64,000 bases of DNA from an uncultured Eubacteriales bacterium (GCA_934647945.1 CAKUFK010000008.1:3815-67814), one strand, 5' to 3'. Positions 44,260 through 53,626 are shown, numbered from the stretch's first letter. The notes: generated by a model not told the origin, from the letters alone. Made by a program: numbers and translations.

Positions 44260-44383
44260 CCTTTTCTCACCAGATTTTGGACCTTTCCCTATCCGTTAGC
44301 ATACCTCTGCCCCTGCTTTCTGTCAAGATATAAAAGGCCTGGCAGGCAGGCCGCCCGGCTGAAAATTTTTTTGCGGAATACTC

Positions 44384-44412
44384 TTGACAAAATCCGCCTT
44401 GGCGCATACAAT
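44384..44412 (+). promoter_or_regulatory. Sigma-A promoter of the Trp T-box leader
   Basis: TTGACA-17 nt-TACAAT. Confidence 0.6.
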
Positions 44413-44419
44413 GAAAACA

Positions 44420-44704
44420 AATCGAACAGCAAAACCGTTGAGTAAGAGTAGTAGGTATCGTTTCAGGCGCGCAAAGAGAGCTGCGGATGGTGGGATCGCA
44501 GCAGCGGCGGCGGTGTCGAATGGACTTACGAGGGCAATCCGAAGCCGGATCGGCATTAGGTGCGACGGGATCTTCACCCGTTATCATGGAAGCGCACATC
44601 ATGGGTGTGCGGAAAAAGTGCATCCGCCTGTAGGGCGGGTGAATGTGGGTGGTACCGCAGGAGTCAGCTCTTGTCCCTTATCAGAGGGGACGAGGGCTTT
44701 TTTG
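44420..44704 (+). promoter_or_regulatory. T-box riboswitch leader with UGG (Trp) specifier and terminator
   Basis: GAGTAAGAGTA (GA motif plus AGUA), AAAGAGAG (AG bulge) and GGTGGGA (distal loop). Specifier context GAA-UGG-A-CUU-ACGAG at 44518-44532. T-box sequence GGGTGGTACCGC at 44647-44658. Terminator CTCTTGTCCC...GGGACGAGGG followed by CTTTTTT. Confidence 0.82.
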
Positions 44705-44872
44705 TTGTCTTAAAACGGAAAGGGGTGAACGGCATGGACAGACGATGGCGATGGCGGCTGACAGTCGAAACGGCGGGCGGCAGAAAGAGCGCCGCCGGAA
44801 CAGCAGGAGCCGGGGCGATGTTTCTGTCGCCCGGCAAAAACTCACACACACGATGATAAAGGAGAGATTTCC

Positions 44873-45892
44873 ATGAAAAACACGACGATAAAACGTCTGC
44901 TCGCCGCCGGTCTCGGCACCGCCCTGCTCGTCCTGTCCCTGACTGCCTGCGGCACCAACGAAGGCGGCAGCGGATCCGGGGATGCCAAGCTTCCCACCAT
45001 CGGGATCATTCAGTACGCTATTCACTCCTCCCTCGACAACTGCTACACCGGTTTGATCCAAGGATTGGAAGAGGCGGGGTATAAAGACGGAGAAACCTGC
45101 AAAATCGACTTCAAAAACGCCCAGGGCAATGTCACCACGGCTGACCAGATCGCGGGAACCATGGCCGCCAAAAACTACGAACTGATCGTTGGGATCGCCA
45201 CCCCGGCCGCCATGGCTGCCAGCGGCGCCTCAAAGGGAAAAATACCGGTGATCTTCTGCGCGGTGTCCGATCCCATTGCCGAAAACTCCAAGCTCGTCCA
45301 ATCCCTGGAGAAAACCGGCGTGAACTGCACCGGCAGCTCCGACCGCCTGAACCTGGAAGGCCAGCTCAAAATGATCCGCGCCTTTCAGCCCGATGCCAAG
45401 AAAATCGGGATCCTCTACAATATCGCGGAAGCCAATTCCGCCTCCAACCTGGCGGAAATTAAGAAAATAGCCCCTTCCTACGGCTTTGAAATCGTGGAAA
45501 AAGGCGTTCAGAACGCGGCCGATATCCCCGCCGCCGCGACTGTCCTGGCCTCCCAGGTGGACTGCATCAACAATTTCACTGACAATCTGGTGGTGGATAA
45601 CCTTCCTATCGTGCTTGCAACCGCTAAATCCAACAAAATCCCGGTCTACGGCTCAGAAATCGAGCAGGTCAACAAAGGCTGCCTCGCCTCCGAAAGCCTG
45701 GATTATGTGGCGCTCGGCAAAGAGACCGGCTTGTTGGCCGCCCGGGTGCTCGCCGGTGAAAACGCCGCCGACACCGCGGTGGTCCTGGTCAAGGACAGCT
45801 TTCCTGTCTATAACGCCGACGTTGCGGAGAGCCTCGGCCTGTCCATCCCCGACGCCTACGCGGAAGCGAAGAAAGTCACCACCACGGCCTGA
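44873..45892 (+). CDS. ABC transporter substrate-binding lipoprotein (ABC_sub_bind / COG2984 type, TrpX-like)
   Basis: 339 aa. Lipobox LSLTAC. Then IGIIQYAIHSSLDN...GIATPAAMAA...IPVIFCAVSDP, typical of this family. Confidence 0.8.
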   Translation: MKNTTIKRLLAAGLGTALLVLSLTACGTNEGGSGSGDAKLPTIGIIQYAIHSSLDNCYTGLIQGLEEAGYKDGETCKIDFKNAQGNVTTADQIAGTMAAKNYELIVGIATPAAMAASGASKGKIPVIFCAVSDPIAENSKLVQSLEKTGVNCTGSSDRLNLEGQLKMIRAFQPDAKKIGILYNIAEANSASNLAEIKKIAPSYGFEIVEKGVQNAADIPAAATVLASQVDCINNFTDNLVVDNLPIVLATAKSNKIPVYGSEIEQVNKGCLASESLDYVALGKETGLLAARVLAGENAADTAVVLVKDSFPVYNADVAESLGLSIPDAYAEAKKVTTTA

Positions 45893-45939
45893 CCCGGGCG
45901 GCAGCAGCCGTACTCATTCGAAAGGGGTCCGCTTGAGAC

Positions 45940-46857
45940 ATGCAGATATTTCTACAACTGCTGATCATGACGATCAAACAAGGGTGCCTGTATGGAGTAC
46001 TGGCGCTCGGCGTCTACATCACCTATAGCATCCTGGATTTTCCGGATTTGTCGGTGGATGGCACCCTAACTCTCGGCGGCGTGATCTCCGGCATCCTGAT
46101 TTTCCACGGTGTCAGTCCCTGGCTGGCCCTCTTGGCAGCCTTTTCCGCAGGTGTCGCGGCCGGGTGCGTGACCGGGCTGCTCCACGTCAAACTGCATATC
46201 CAGCCCCTTTTGTGCGGTATTCTCGTGATGACGGCTCTGCTTTCAGTCAACCTGATGATCATCAAGGCCGGCACGAACAACATGAACATCGTCTATTTTT
46301 CCCAGACGCATCTCACCGTCGCGGAGGTATTCCCCATCTCCCTGATCCCCGAATACGTCGGCGGATTTGAACTCCGTCCTCTCGCTGTGGCGGTGGCGGT
46401 GGCCCTTATCTGCAAAATCCTGCTCGACTGGTATCTGCGGACCAAATCCGGCATGCTCCTGCGTGCTGCTGGAAGCAACGCCCAATATGTCGTCCAGCTC
46501 GCCCGCAATCCCGGCATGTCCAAAATTCTGGGATTGGCGCTCGGCAACGGCTTTGCCGCCCTCGCCGGGGCCCTCATCACACAGGACAAGGGGAACGCCG
46601 AGCTCCAGATCGGGATCGGTTCCGTCGTCACCGGCCTCGCCTCGGTTATTATCGGCGTCAGCCTGCTGCGCAGACTCCGGTTCCCGCGGAACACCACCAA
46701 GGTATTGCTCGGCTCCATCATCTACATGACGTTCTCGACGATCGCCACTCTCCTGCAATGGAGCGATCAGCTCAAACTGATTATGTCGGCCTTGTTCGTG
46801 GCGGCGCTGGTACTCAGCAATATGCTGGATAAAAAAGGAGGGCGTATTCGTGGCTGA
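45940..46857 (+). CDS. ABC transporter permease (COG4120 type, TrpY-like)
   Basis: 305 aa, polytopic. GCLYGVLALGVYITYSILDFPDLSVDGTLTLGG is typical of this branched-chain-type permease family. Confidence 0.8.
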   Translation: MQIFLQLLIMTIKQGCLYGVLALGVYITYSILDFPDLSVDGTLTLGGVISGILIFHGVSPWLALLAAFSAGVAAGCVTGLLHVKLHIQPLLCGILVMTALLSVNLMIIKAGTNNMNIVYFSQTHLTVAEVFPISLIPEYVGGFELRPLAVAVAVALICKILLDWYLRTKSGMLLRAAGSNAQYVVQLARNPGMSKILGLALGNGFAALAGALITQDKGNAELQIGIGSVVTGLASVIIGVSLLRRLRFPRNTTKVLLGSIIYMTFSTIATLLQWSDQLKLIMSALFVAALVLSNMLDKKGGRIRG

Positions 46858-47635
46858 CCAGCTCATCCGCTTTGATCACATCGTCAAGCGCTTCCATGTG
46901 GGGACGCCGGACGAAACCACCTTGTTCGACGGCTTCGACTTCGGCGTGGACGAGGGGGAATTCATCTCCATCGTCGGATCCAACGGGTCAGGCAAGACCA
47001 CCCTGCTCAACTTGCTGTGCGGCTCCCTGCCGCTGGATGCCGGCCGGCTCTATTACCGGAACCGGGACATCACCCGCCTGCCCGAACACAAGCGGGCGGC
47101 CTTTATCGGGCGGGTGTTCCAGGATCCGGCAAAGGGCTCCTGTCCCGACCTGACGATTTTGGAAAACATGGCCCTGGCGGACAACAAAAAGGGCCGGTAT
47201 TCCCTGGCCCCCGCCATCGGCAAAAAACGCATCGACGCCTATCGCTCCATGCTTGAAATCTGCAACATGGGACTGGAAAACCGTCTAGGCCAGCCGGTCG
47301 GCTCCCTGTCGGGCGGACAGCGGCAGGCCCTGGCCCTGGTGATCGCAGGTATGACCGACATCGATATTCTGGTGCTTGACGAGCACACCGCCGCCCTTGA
47401 TCCCAAGTCTTCTGAACGAGTCATGGAGATTACCCGGAAGCTGGTGGAGGAGCGGAAGGTGACCACCCTGATGGTGACGCACAACCTGCGCTTTGCCGTA
47501 CAGTACGGTACCCGGCTGGTCATGATGCACGCGGGGCAGGCCGTCCTGGACCTCAAAGAGGAAGAGAAACGCGCCGCCTCGGTCGATGTCCTGCTGCAGA
47601 AGTTCAATGAAATCAGCATCGAATGCGGCAACTGA
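46850..47635 (+). CDS. ABC transporter ATP-binding protein (COG1101 type, TrpZ-like)
   Basis: 261 aa. The GTG start overlaps the permease stop by 8 nt. Walker A GSNGSGKTT, signature LSGGQRQALAL, Walker B ILVLDEHTAALD. Confidence 0.82.
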   Translation: MADQLIRFDHIVKRFHVGTPDETTLFDGFDFGVDEGEFISIVGSNGSGKTTLLNLLCGSLPLDAGRLYYRNRDITRLPEHKRAAFIGRVFQDPAKGSCPDLTILENMALADNKKGRYSLAPAIGKKRIDAYRSMLEICNMGLENRLGQPVGSLSGGQRQALALVIAGMTDIDILVLDEHTAALDPKSSERVMEITRKLVEERKVTTLMVTHNLRFAVQYGTRLVMMHAGQAVLDLKEEEKRAASVDVLLQKFNEISIECGN

Positions 47636-47657
47636 AGATGTGAAAAGGGGTATGCGC

Positions 47658-48620
47658 ATGACCGACCTGCTTTCTCTCGGCGAACTGCTGATCGATTTCA
47701 CCCCGGCCGGGGTTTCGGAAAACGGCAATCCTGTTTTTGAACGCAATCCCGGCGGCGGCCCGGCCAACGTCGCCTGTGCGGCCGCCCGCCTGGGCGCGAA
47801 GGCCGCCTTCATCGGTCAGGTCGGGTACGACCCCTTCGGCCGTGCCCTAATGGATACCCTCAGACAGGAAAAGGTGGATGTCAGCCGCCTGCGTCTGTCG
47901 GATATGTATCAGACCACCCTGGCGTTCGTCCATCTGGACGAATCCGGCGACCGCTCCTTTAGCTTTTACCGCCGCCAGGGCGCGGACACCATGCTCCGGA
48001 CGGAGCCCGCCGATTTTAAGGCCGTCGAGCAATCCCGCGTCTTCTTTTTCAGCTCGGTCATGATGACGGAAAGCCCTGCCCGTGAGACCAGCTTCGCCCT
48101 TGCCGCCCACGCAAAGGAACGGGGCGTCGTGACGGTATTCGATCCCAATCTGCGGCTGAATCTGTGGGCGGGCGAGGCCGAGGCGAGGGATTGTATCCTG
48201 CGCGCCATGCCTTTCGCGGATATCGTGAAGGTGTCGGAGGAAGAGCTCGTTTTCCTGACCGGCGAAACCGAGCTCCGTCGCGGTGCCGCCGTTCTGTACG
48301 CGCGTTTCCCGATGAAGGCCCTGCTCTGCACCCTCGGAGCCAAAGGCGTCCTGGCCCTGGCCGGGGACGAGATCATTGCCCGGGACGGGCTGCCCGTCAA
48401 AACCGTCGACACGACGGCGGCAGGGGATTCCTTTACCGGGGGATTCATTACCCGCCTGCTGGAGGAAGGGACGGATATCGCCTCCCTCTCCAGAGAGACG
48501 CTCACCCGTATATTGGATTTTGCGAACACGGTCGGGGCTTTGACCACCACCCGCAAGGGCGCCATATGCGCCCTCCCCACCAGGGACGAGGTGGAGGCAC
48601 AATTGGCCTCGAATCAGTAA
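47658..48620 (+). CDS. PfkB-family carbohydrate kinase (fructokinase-like)
   Basis: Part of ORF 47586..48620, start at ATG 47658 after GAAAAGGGG. LLSLGELLIDFTP...GGGPANVACAAARLG and the C-terminal DTTAAGDSFTGGF (PfkB signature 2). Confidence 0.85.
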   Translation: MTDLLSLGELLIDFTPAGVSENGNPVFERNPGGGPANVACAAARLGAKAAFIGQVGYDPFGRALMDTLRQEKVDVSRLRLSDMYQTTLAFVHLDESGDRSFSFYRRQGADTMLRTEPADFKAVEQSRVFFFSSVMMTESPARETSFALAAHAKERGVVTVFDPNLRLNLWAGEAEARDCILRAMPFADIVKVSEEELVFLTGETELRRGAAVLYARFPMKALLCTLGAKGVLALAGDEIIARDGLPVKTVDTTAAGDSFTGGFITRLLEEGTDIASLSRETLTRILDFANTVGALTTTRKGAICALPTRDEVEAQLASNQ

Positions 48621-48641
48621 ATACAAGAAAGGATGATATCC

Positions 48642-50030
48642 ATGAGCAGCAAAAAAACCGACCCTTACCGTATATATCTGAGTGAAGAGGAAATGCCGCG
48701 GCAATGGTACAACATCCGGGCCGATATGAAGGAACAGCCCGATCCCTACCTCCATCCCGCCACCCATCAGCCGGTGGGGCCGGCGGATATGCTGCCCATC
48801 TTCTGCGAGGATCTCTGTGCCCAGGAGATGAACACCACCGACCGGTATATCGACATCCCGGAAGAAATCCTGAATTTCTACCGCATTTTTCGACCCTCTC
48901 CCCTGATCCGGGCATATAATCTTGAACGGGCGCTGGATACTCCCGCGAAAATCTATTACAAATTCGAAGGAAACAACACGTCCGGATCCCACAAGCTCAA
49001 TTCCGCCGCCGCCCAGGTGTATTACGCCAAAAAACAAGGCCTGACCTGCCTGACCACCGAAACGGGCGCCGGTCAGTGGGGTACCGCGCTTTCGATGGCC
49101 TGCGCCCATTACGGCCTGGATCTGACCGTCTACATGGTCAAGGTCAGCTACGAGCAGAAGCCGTTCCGCAAGGCTGTCATCCAGACTTTCGGCGCCGATA
49201 TCGTCCCCAGCCCCTCCGACACCACCGAAATCGGGCGCGCCATTCTGAAAGCCCATCCGGGCACCGGCGGCTCGCTGGGCTGCGCGATTTCGGAGGCGAT
49301 CGAAAAGGCCCTGCACACCCCCGGCTGCCGCTATGTACTCGGTTCGGTGCTCAACCAGGTGCTGCTCCACCAGTCCATCATCGGCTTGGAATCCAAAGCG
49401 GCGATGGAAAAGATCGGCGAATATCCCGACATCGTCATCGGCTGTGCCGGCGGCGGCTCCAACCTGGGCGGCCTGATGGCGGCCTTCATGCAGGACACCC
49501 TCACCGGCGTCCGCACCGGCACGGAATTCATCGCTGTCGAACCCGCCTCCTGCCCCTCCCTGACGAGGGGCCGGTATGCCTATGATTTCTGTGACACCGG
49601 CCATGTCACTCCCCTCGCCCGGATGTACACGCTCGGCAGCGAATTCATCCCCTCCGCCAACCACGCGGGCGGACTGCGTTATCACGGCATGAGCCCCATC
49701 CTGTCCAAGCTGTACCACGATGGGTACATGAAGGCCGTCGCCGTGGAGCAGACCAAGGTGTTCGAGGCCGCCATCCAATTTGCCAAAGAGGAAACCATCC
49801 TGCCGGCCCCCGAGTCCTCCCACGCCATCCGCGCCGCCATCGACGAAGCGCTCAAATGCAAAGAAACCGGTGAGGAAAAAACCATCCTTTTTGGTCTGAC
49901 CGGCACCGGCTATTTCGACATGAACGCCTATACCTCCTACCTGGAGGGGACCATGACCGATTACATCCCCACCGACGAGGATTTGCAGGCCGGTTTCGAC
50001 ACCCTGCCCAAAATCGACGGAATCCAATAA
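48642..50030 (+). CDS. TrpB-like PLP enzyme (tryptophan synthase beta chain type 2, TrpB2)
   Basis: Part of ORF 48633..50030. YYKFEGNNTSGSHKLNSAAAQVYYAKKQG carries the PLP-lysine motif. Also GAGQWGTALSMACAHYGL and GCAGGGSNLGG. The long N-terminal extension is typical of the TrpB2 clade. Confidence 0.88.
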   Translation: MSSKKTDPYRIYLSEEEMPRQWYNIRADMKEQPDPYLHPATHQPVGPADMLPIFCEDLCAQEMNTTDRYIDIPEEILNFYRIFRPSPLIRAYNLERALDTPAKIYYKFEGNNTSGSHKLNSAAAQVYYAKKQGLTCLTTETGAGQWGTALSMACAHYGLDLTVYMVKVSYEQKPFRKAVIQTFGADIVPSPSDTTEIGRAILKAHPGTGGSLGCAISEAIEKALHTPGCRYVLGSVLNQVLLHQSIIGLESKAAMEKIGEYPDIVIGCAGGGSNLGGLMAAFMQDTLTGVRTGTEFIAVEPASCPSLTRGRYAYDFCDTGHVTPLARMYTLGSEFIPSANHAGGLRYHGMSPILSKLYHDGYMKAVAVEQTKVFEAAIQFAKEETILPAPESSHAIRAAIDEALKCKETGEEKTILFGLTGTGYFDMNAYTSYLEGTMTDYIPTDEDLQAGFDTLPKIDGIQ

Positions 50031-50040
50031 CACCCTATCC

Positions 50041-50078
50041 GCGCCCCGGCAAAACGGTATACCGTTTTGCCGGGGCGC
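50041..50078 (+). terminator. Strong terminator after the TrpB2 gene
   Basis: GCGCCCCGGCAAAACGGT-AT-ACCGTTTTGCCGGGGCGC followed by TTCTCTTC. Confidence 0.75.
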
Positions 50079-50197
50079 TTCTCTTCTGCCAAGAGAGCCG
50101 TTCTTGACCAACGCCACCGCAAATCGTGACCTTTTCCAAGAAGGAAAATCGTATTATACTAATTGTACAAATAAGTATTGTAAAAGGGGCTATGAAT

Positions 50198-51268
50198 ATG
50201 GAGATACGACTGCCCATAGAACTGAAAACCGCGGTGATTACGGAATGCTGGACCTTTGAAAAGCTCGCCGTAATCCAATCCTCCCCTCTTGCCGATGACT
50301 GGCTGGCCAGCCATCTGTCTTTGTACATGGATGCTGAATTTTCCTGTTATTTCGGGGACGGTGAATCCTATTACGATCCCGCCTATTACAGGGATATCCT
50401 CCGCATCGAGGAGCTCCCTCTCTTCCCGCTTTCCGAAGAGGAAACCCTGTCGCTCATCCGGCAGAACTTGCGTGAAGGGCGTTATGTCATGGTCATGCTG
50501 CATCAGGGAATAGAGGAACGGGATGGACGCAACGACTATCACGAGGCGCTCCTGTACGGCTATGACGACGAAAAGGAGATTTTTTTCACTCCCGCCCTGC
50601 GCATGACCAGGCTGGTGGAACGGGAGCTCCCGTTCGATGCGGTGCACGCCTCCCTCGTCCGGCTCAAAGCCCATATGCTCCGGGTCCCCGACGACCGTTT
50701 TTTCTGGTCGAGAGAGTATCAGTATCCGCTCTCAATCATCCAGATCCGGGAAGATTACGTCCCGAACCAGGTATACGAAGCTCTGAAGAAAATCGTGCCG
50801 GAGGTTTGGGGGAAATCGGTGGCGGTGACAGAGCTGGATGCCGATATGCGGCTATACGGGGAAAAAACCGTATACAAAGGGCTCGGATGTCTCTACGGCC
50901 TCCGGGAGGCTCTGCGGCGTACACTGAACGGAGAGCCGATGCCTCCCACATTTCTCGGTTTTGCCCGCAACCTCAAAAAGATGCTGGAACACCGGCAGAA
51001 TCTGCTGCATACCATGCGGTATATCATGGACCGCTGGAACATCCAAAACGATGAAATCGACTGGCATGTCCAGTCCTACGCATCCTGCTGTGAACGGGCG
51101 GAAAATTGGATGAGTATGGCCTTGAAGGCGGAACTTACAGGAGACACGAGCCTTTACGCCTGCATTGCCGAGGAAATCCCCGCCGCCTATCGGGAGGAAT
51201 ACCTGATGCTCGCCGACTTTTACAACCTCTGCCTGGCTTGGTACTATGAAAACCACACACGGGTGTAA
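50198..51268 (+). CDS. Hypothetical cytoplasmic protein with papain/C39-like Cys...His motifs (BtrH_N-like?) and a helical C-terminal half
   Basis: Part of ORF 50126..51268. Start is ATG 50198, or ATG 50192 after AAAGGGG. TECWTFE places Cys17 followed by Trp. DYHEALLYGYDDEKEIFF places His115 in the H-x(4)-GYD pattern of C39-like folds. No signal peptide. Confidence 0.55.
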   Translation: MEIRLPIELKTAVITECWTFEKLAVIQSSPLADDWLASHLSLYMDAEFSCYFGDGESYYDPAYYRDILRIEELPLFPLSEEETLSLIRQNLREGRYVMVMLHQGIEERDGRNDYHEALLYGYDDEKEIFFTPALRMTRLVERELPFDAVHASLVRLKAHMLRVPDDRFFWSREYQYPLSIIQIREDYVPNQVYEALKKIVPEVWGKSVAVTELDADMRLYGEKTVYKGLGCLYGLREALRRTLNGEPMPPTFLGFARNLKKMLEHRQNLLHTMRYIMDRWNIQNDEIDWHVQSYASCCERAENWMSMALKAELTGDTSLYACIAEEIPAAYREEYLMLADFYNLCLAWYYENHTRV

Positions 51269-51418
51269 AGAGGATGCTGCAAAATGTAAAATTTTGCAGC
51301 ATCCCCTGAAAAAACCGCTTGCGGGCCACGAACTGTGGCCCGCATTTTGCGTCTATAATACGCGAAACCGCGCTTTTTCCATGTCTCTGCGTATATTCAT
51401 GTGTTGTGCGTCAGGCCC

Positions 51419-52321
51419 TCACACTTTTCGGACAGGCCGAAGCACCTCATATCCGATCCCTTCCGGATAATGGCGCTGATAGTCCGGACACCGCTCTTCG
51501 TTCCAGGCGTAGCCCTTGGAGGACGGATCAAAATGCCACGCCAGGCTTTCCACCCGTTTCATCACCTCCGCGCAATCCTTGAGAAAATCGAACGGGGGAT
51601 GGCCGAACACGAGATAATAGCTTTCTGGAACCGTCCGGATCTCAAATCCCTCCGGGATCCCGCCGTCGAAATCCAGCGGGACACCCAACCCGTAAAAATA
51701 TCCGCGCCGCCCGTTTTCATAGAACCATCCGGCCGTGTGGCAGGTCACAACCGGATGGGAAACATGGCTCATGCTGTCGATGAACCCACAGACCTTGTCG
51801 CAGTCATGCCGTCCCCAGAAACTCATATAGTCCTGTACCTCTTTGTCCCATATGCCGACGTATCGGTGTGCCGGGATATACTCCATACGGATGTGGGGCT
51901 GTGTCAATATGGTAGCGCTCATATCCATCTCTCCTCTGTCTTTCCAATGTTCCGGAAACAAAACGGCCTGTACGCTGGACAGGGCCACCGGCCGCGGCTT
52001 CCTCCGATACGCCGACGGTGTACATCCATAAGCCTTCACAAAGGCTCTCGTCAGAGCCTCCTGGGAAGAATAGCCGTATTTGAGCGCTATGTCGAGAATC
52101 CGTGCGCGGGTGTCGCGGATCTCCAATGTCGCTTTTGCCAGCCGTCTGCCCGCGACATAATGCCGCAAAGTCATCCCGACAATCTCATGAAACTTACTCG
52201 AGCAGTAGTAGGGCGAATACCCGATATGCTTCGACATGTCGAGAAGCAGGGATCCCTCCCCCGTCAAATGCTCTTCCAGCCAATCAATCATCTGCTGCGC
52301 CGCCTCGTTCCATTCATACAA
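51419..52321 (-). CDS. AraC/XylS-family transcriptional regulator with a GyrI-like effector domain
   Basis: 300 aa. The N-terminal double HTH is SKHIGYSPYYCSSKFHEIVGMTLRHYV..RRL...LEIRDT.ARILDIALKYGYSSQEALTRAFVKAYGCTPSAYRR. The C-terminal ~170 aa have a GyrI-like pattern. Confidence 0.85.
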   Translation of the reverse strand: MYEWNEAAQQMIDWLEEHLTGEGSLLLDMSKHIGYSPYYCSSKFHEIVGMTLRHYVAGRRLAKATLEIRDTRARILDIALKYGYSSQEALTRAFVKAYGCTPSAYRRKPRPVALSSVQAVLFPEHWKDRGEMDMSATILTQPHIRMEYIPAHRYVGIWDKEVQDYMSFWGRHDCDKVCGFIDSMSHVSHPVVTCHTAGWFYENGRRGYFYGLGVPLDFDGGIPEGFEIRTVPESYYLVFGHPPFDFLKDCAEVMKRVESLAWHFDPSSKGYAWNEERCPDYQRHYPEGIGYEVLRPVRKV

Positions 52322-52534
52322 GCCCTCTCACCTCCTTCGGATATAGAATATCAAAAAACCATCCGTCAATCTTGATTCCACTTGCAAAGTTCAGCGTCCG
52401 TGTATCGCCCATGCGAAGGTACACGCCCGTTCCATTCGCTATGATACACGGCCTTAAAAGACCTCAAAAACCCCAAAAAAACCGATTGTCCCACGGCAAT
52501 CGGTTGATCCGCCGCTCTTGTTAAGGGCGGGGCG

Positions 52535-53242
52535 TCAGGATGTCTTCTGTTTCAGGTAATCCAGATACCGGTTCCGAATCTCTTTCAGGTTTCTTTGCCG
52601 GATCAAGACGATATCTCCTGTGAATAAGGTGAACTGATGATCGGCATTTTGAACGTAGGCCATATTGACCAGATAACTCTGATGGCATCGGAGAAAACGG
52701 GGATCGTACAGTTCCTCTTCGATCTCCCCGAGCTTTTTATACATCGTATAGGTCCCGCCCCCTTTTCTATGGAGGAGGCACCGGGTATTCCGGCTTTCCA
52801 CATACAGGATCTCATGATACGGGATCCGTGTCACGACACCGCGGCGCTGGATTTGATAGGTGTTGATATCGCAAGCCGACAGCACCCGGTCCATCACCAT
52901 ACAAAGCTTCTCATAGCTGTGCGGCTTGAGCAGATACCCTCCCGCCTGAACCTCATAGCTGTCCACCGCGAAATCCGATGTGGCCGTCAGAAAGACAATT
53001 TCCCCGGCATAGTGCAACCGTCTTAATTCCCTGGCGACGTCGATCCCCAACATCTTTTCCATGTAGATATCCAGAAAAACGATATCGTAGGCAGTCCCTT
53101 CTTGAAACTCATGGATGACATCCACGCCGCTGCTATACAAATCCACCTGATAGGCGATCGATTTGTCCGCAAAATACAGGTCCAGCAGATCCCGGATCAT
53201 CTCTCTGTCCAGCTGGCTGTCGTCGCATATGCCAATCCGCAT
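52535..53242 (-). CDS. Response regulator, LytTR DNA-binding family (no cognate kinase in the window)
   Basis: Part of ORF 52535..53263, start at ATG 53242 (MRIGICDDS). Receiver domain with DIVFLDIYM (phospho-Asp). The C-terminal LytTR domain reads IPYHEILYVESRNTRCLLH...FLRCHQSYLVNMAYV. Confidence 0.85.
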   Translation of the reverse strand: MRIGICDDSQLDREMIRDLLDLYFADKSIAYQVDLYSSGVDVIHEFQEGTAYDIVFLDIYMEKMLGIDVARELRRLHYAGEIVFLTATSDFAVDSYEVQAGGYLLKPHSYEKLCMVMDRVLSACDINTYQIQRRGVVTRIPYHEILYVESRNTRCLLHRKGGGTYTMYKKLGEIEEELYDPRFLRCHQSYLVNMAYVQNADHQFTLFTGDIVLIRQRNLKEIRNRYLDYLKQKTS

Positions 53243-53395
53243 CGTTGAACCCTTCCCATGCATTTGATATCAGTAATCAACGGGATATTGTCGTCAAATT
53301 CAATACTTAACGTGAATTTTTCTAAATTTGTGCCACTTTTTCCTGCTTTTCATTATAATGTCTGTTGAAGATGAGGAAAAGGTGTGTGTTTGACT

Positions 53396-53626
53396 ATGTG
53401 TACATATGAAGTCGTGCAGGAGTCGTTCCATCATCCGGATATTGGGTCATATGCCGCTTTCGGCATCGCGGCATACCGAAAGACTAGCCATTCCAAGGTC
53501 AAAATCGCGCATATTCCCGACATTTCGGCCGATGCCGGTCCGGTGGAGGCATTGGCCACCCTATGCAACGCCCTCTCGCTGGATCCCCTCCATCTGCCAT
53601 ACGTGGTCGAGGATATACTCGGCTAG
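53396..53626 (+). CDS. Small hypothetical protein (76 aa), divergent from the LytTR regulator
   Basis: Part of ORF 53384..53626 (MCTYEVVQESFHHPDIGSYAAFGIAAY...). No TM or signal peptide. Coding status is inferred only from ORF length and plausible codon usage. Confidence 0.4.
   Translation: MCTYEVVQESFHHPDIGSYAAFGIAAYRKTSHSKVKIAHIPDISADAGPVEALATLCNALSLDPLHLPYVVEDILG

Noticed and set aside
47847-50117. 756-aa minus-strand ORF
   Set aside because: It is antisense to the PfkB kinase and TrpB2 genes, both of which carry canonical signatures on the plus strand.
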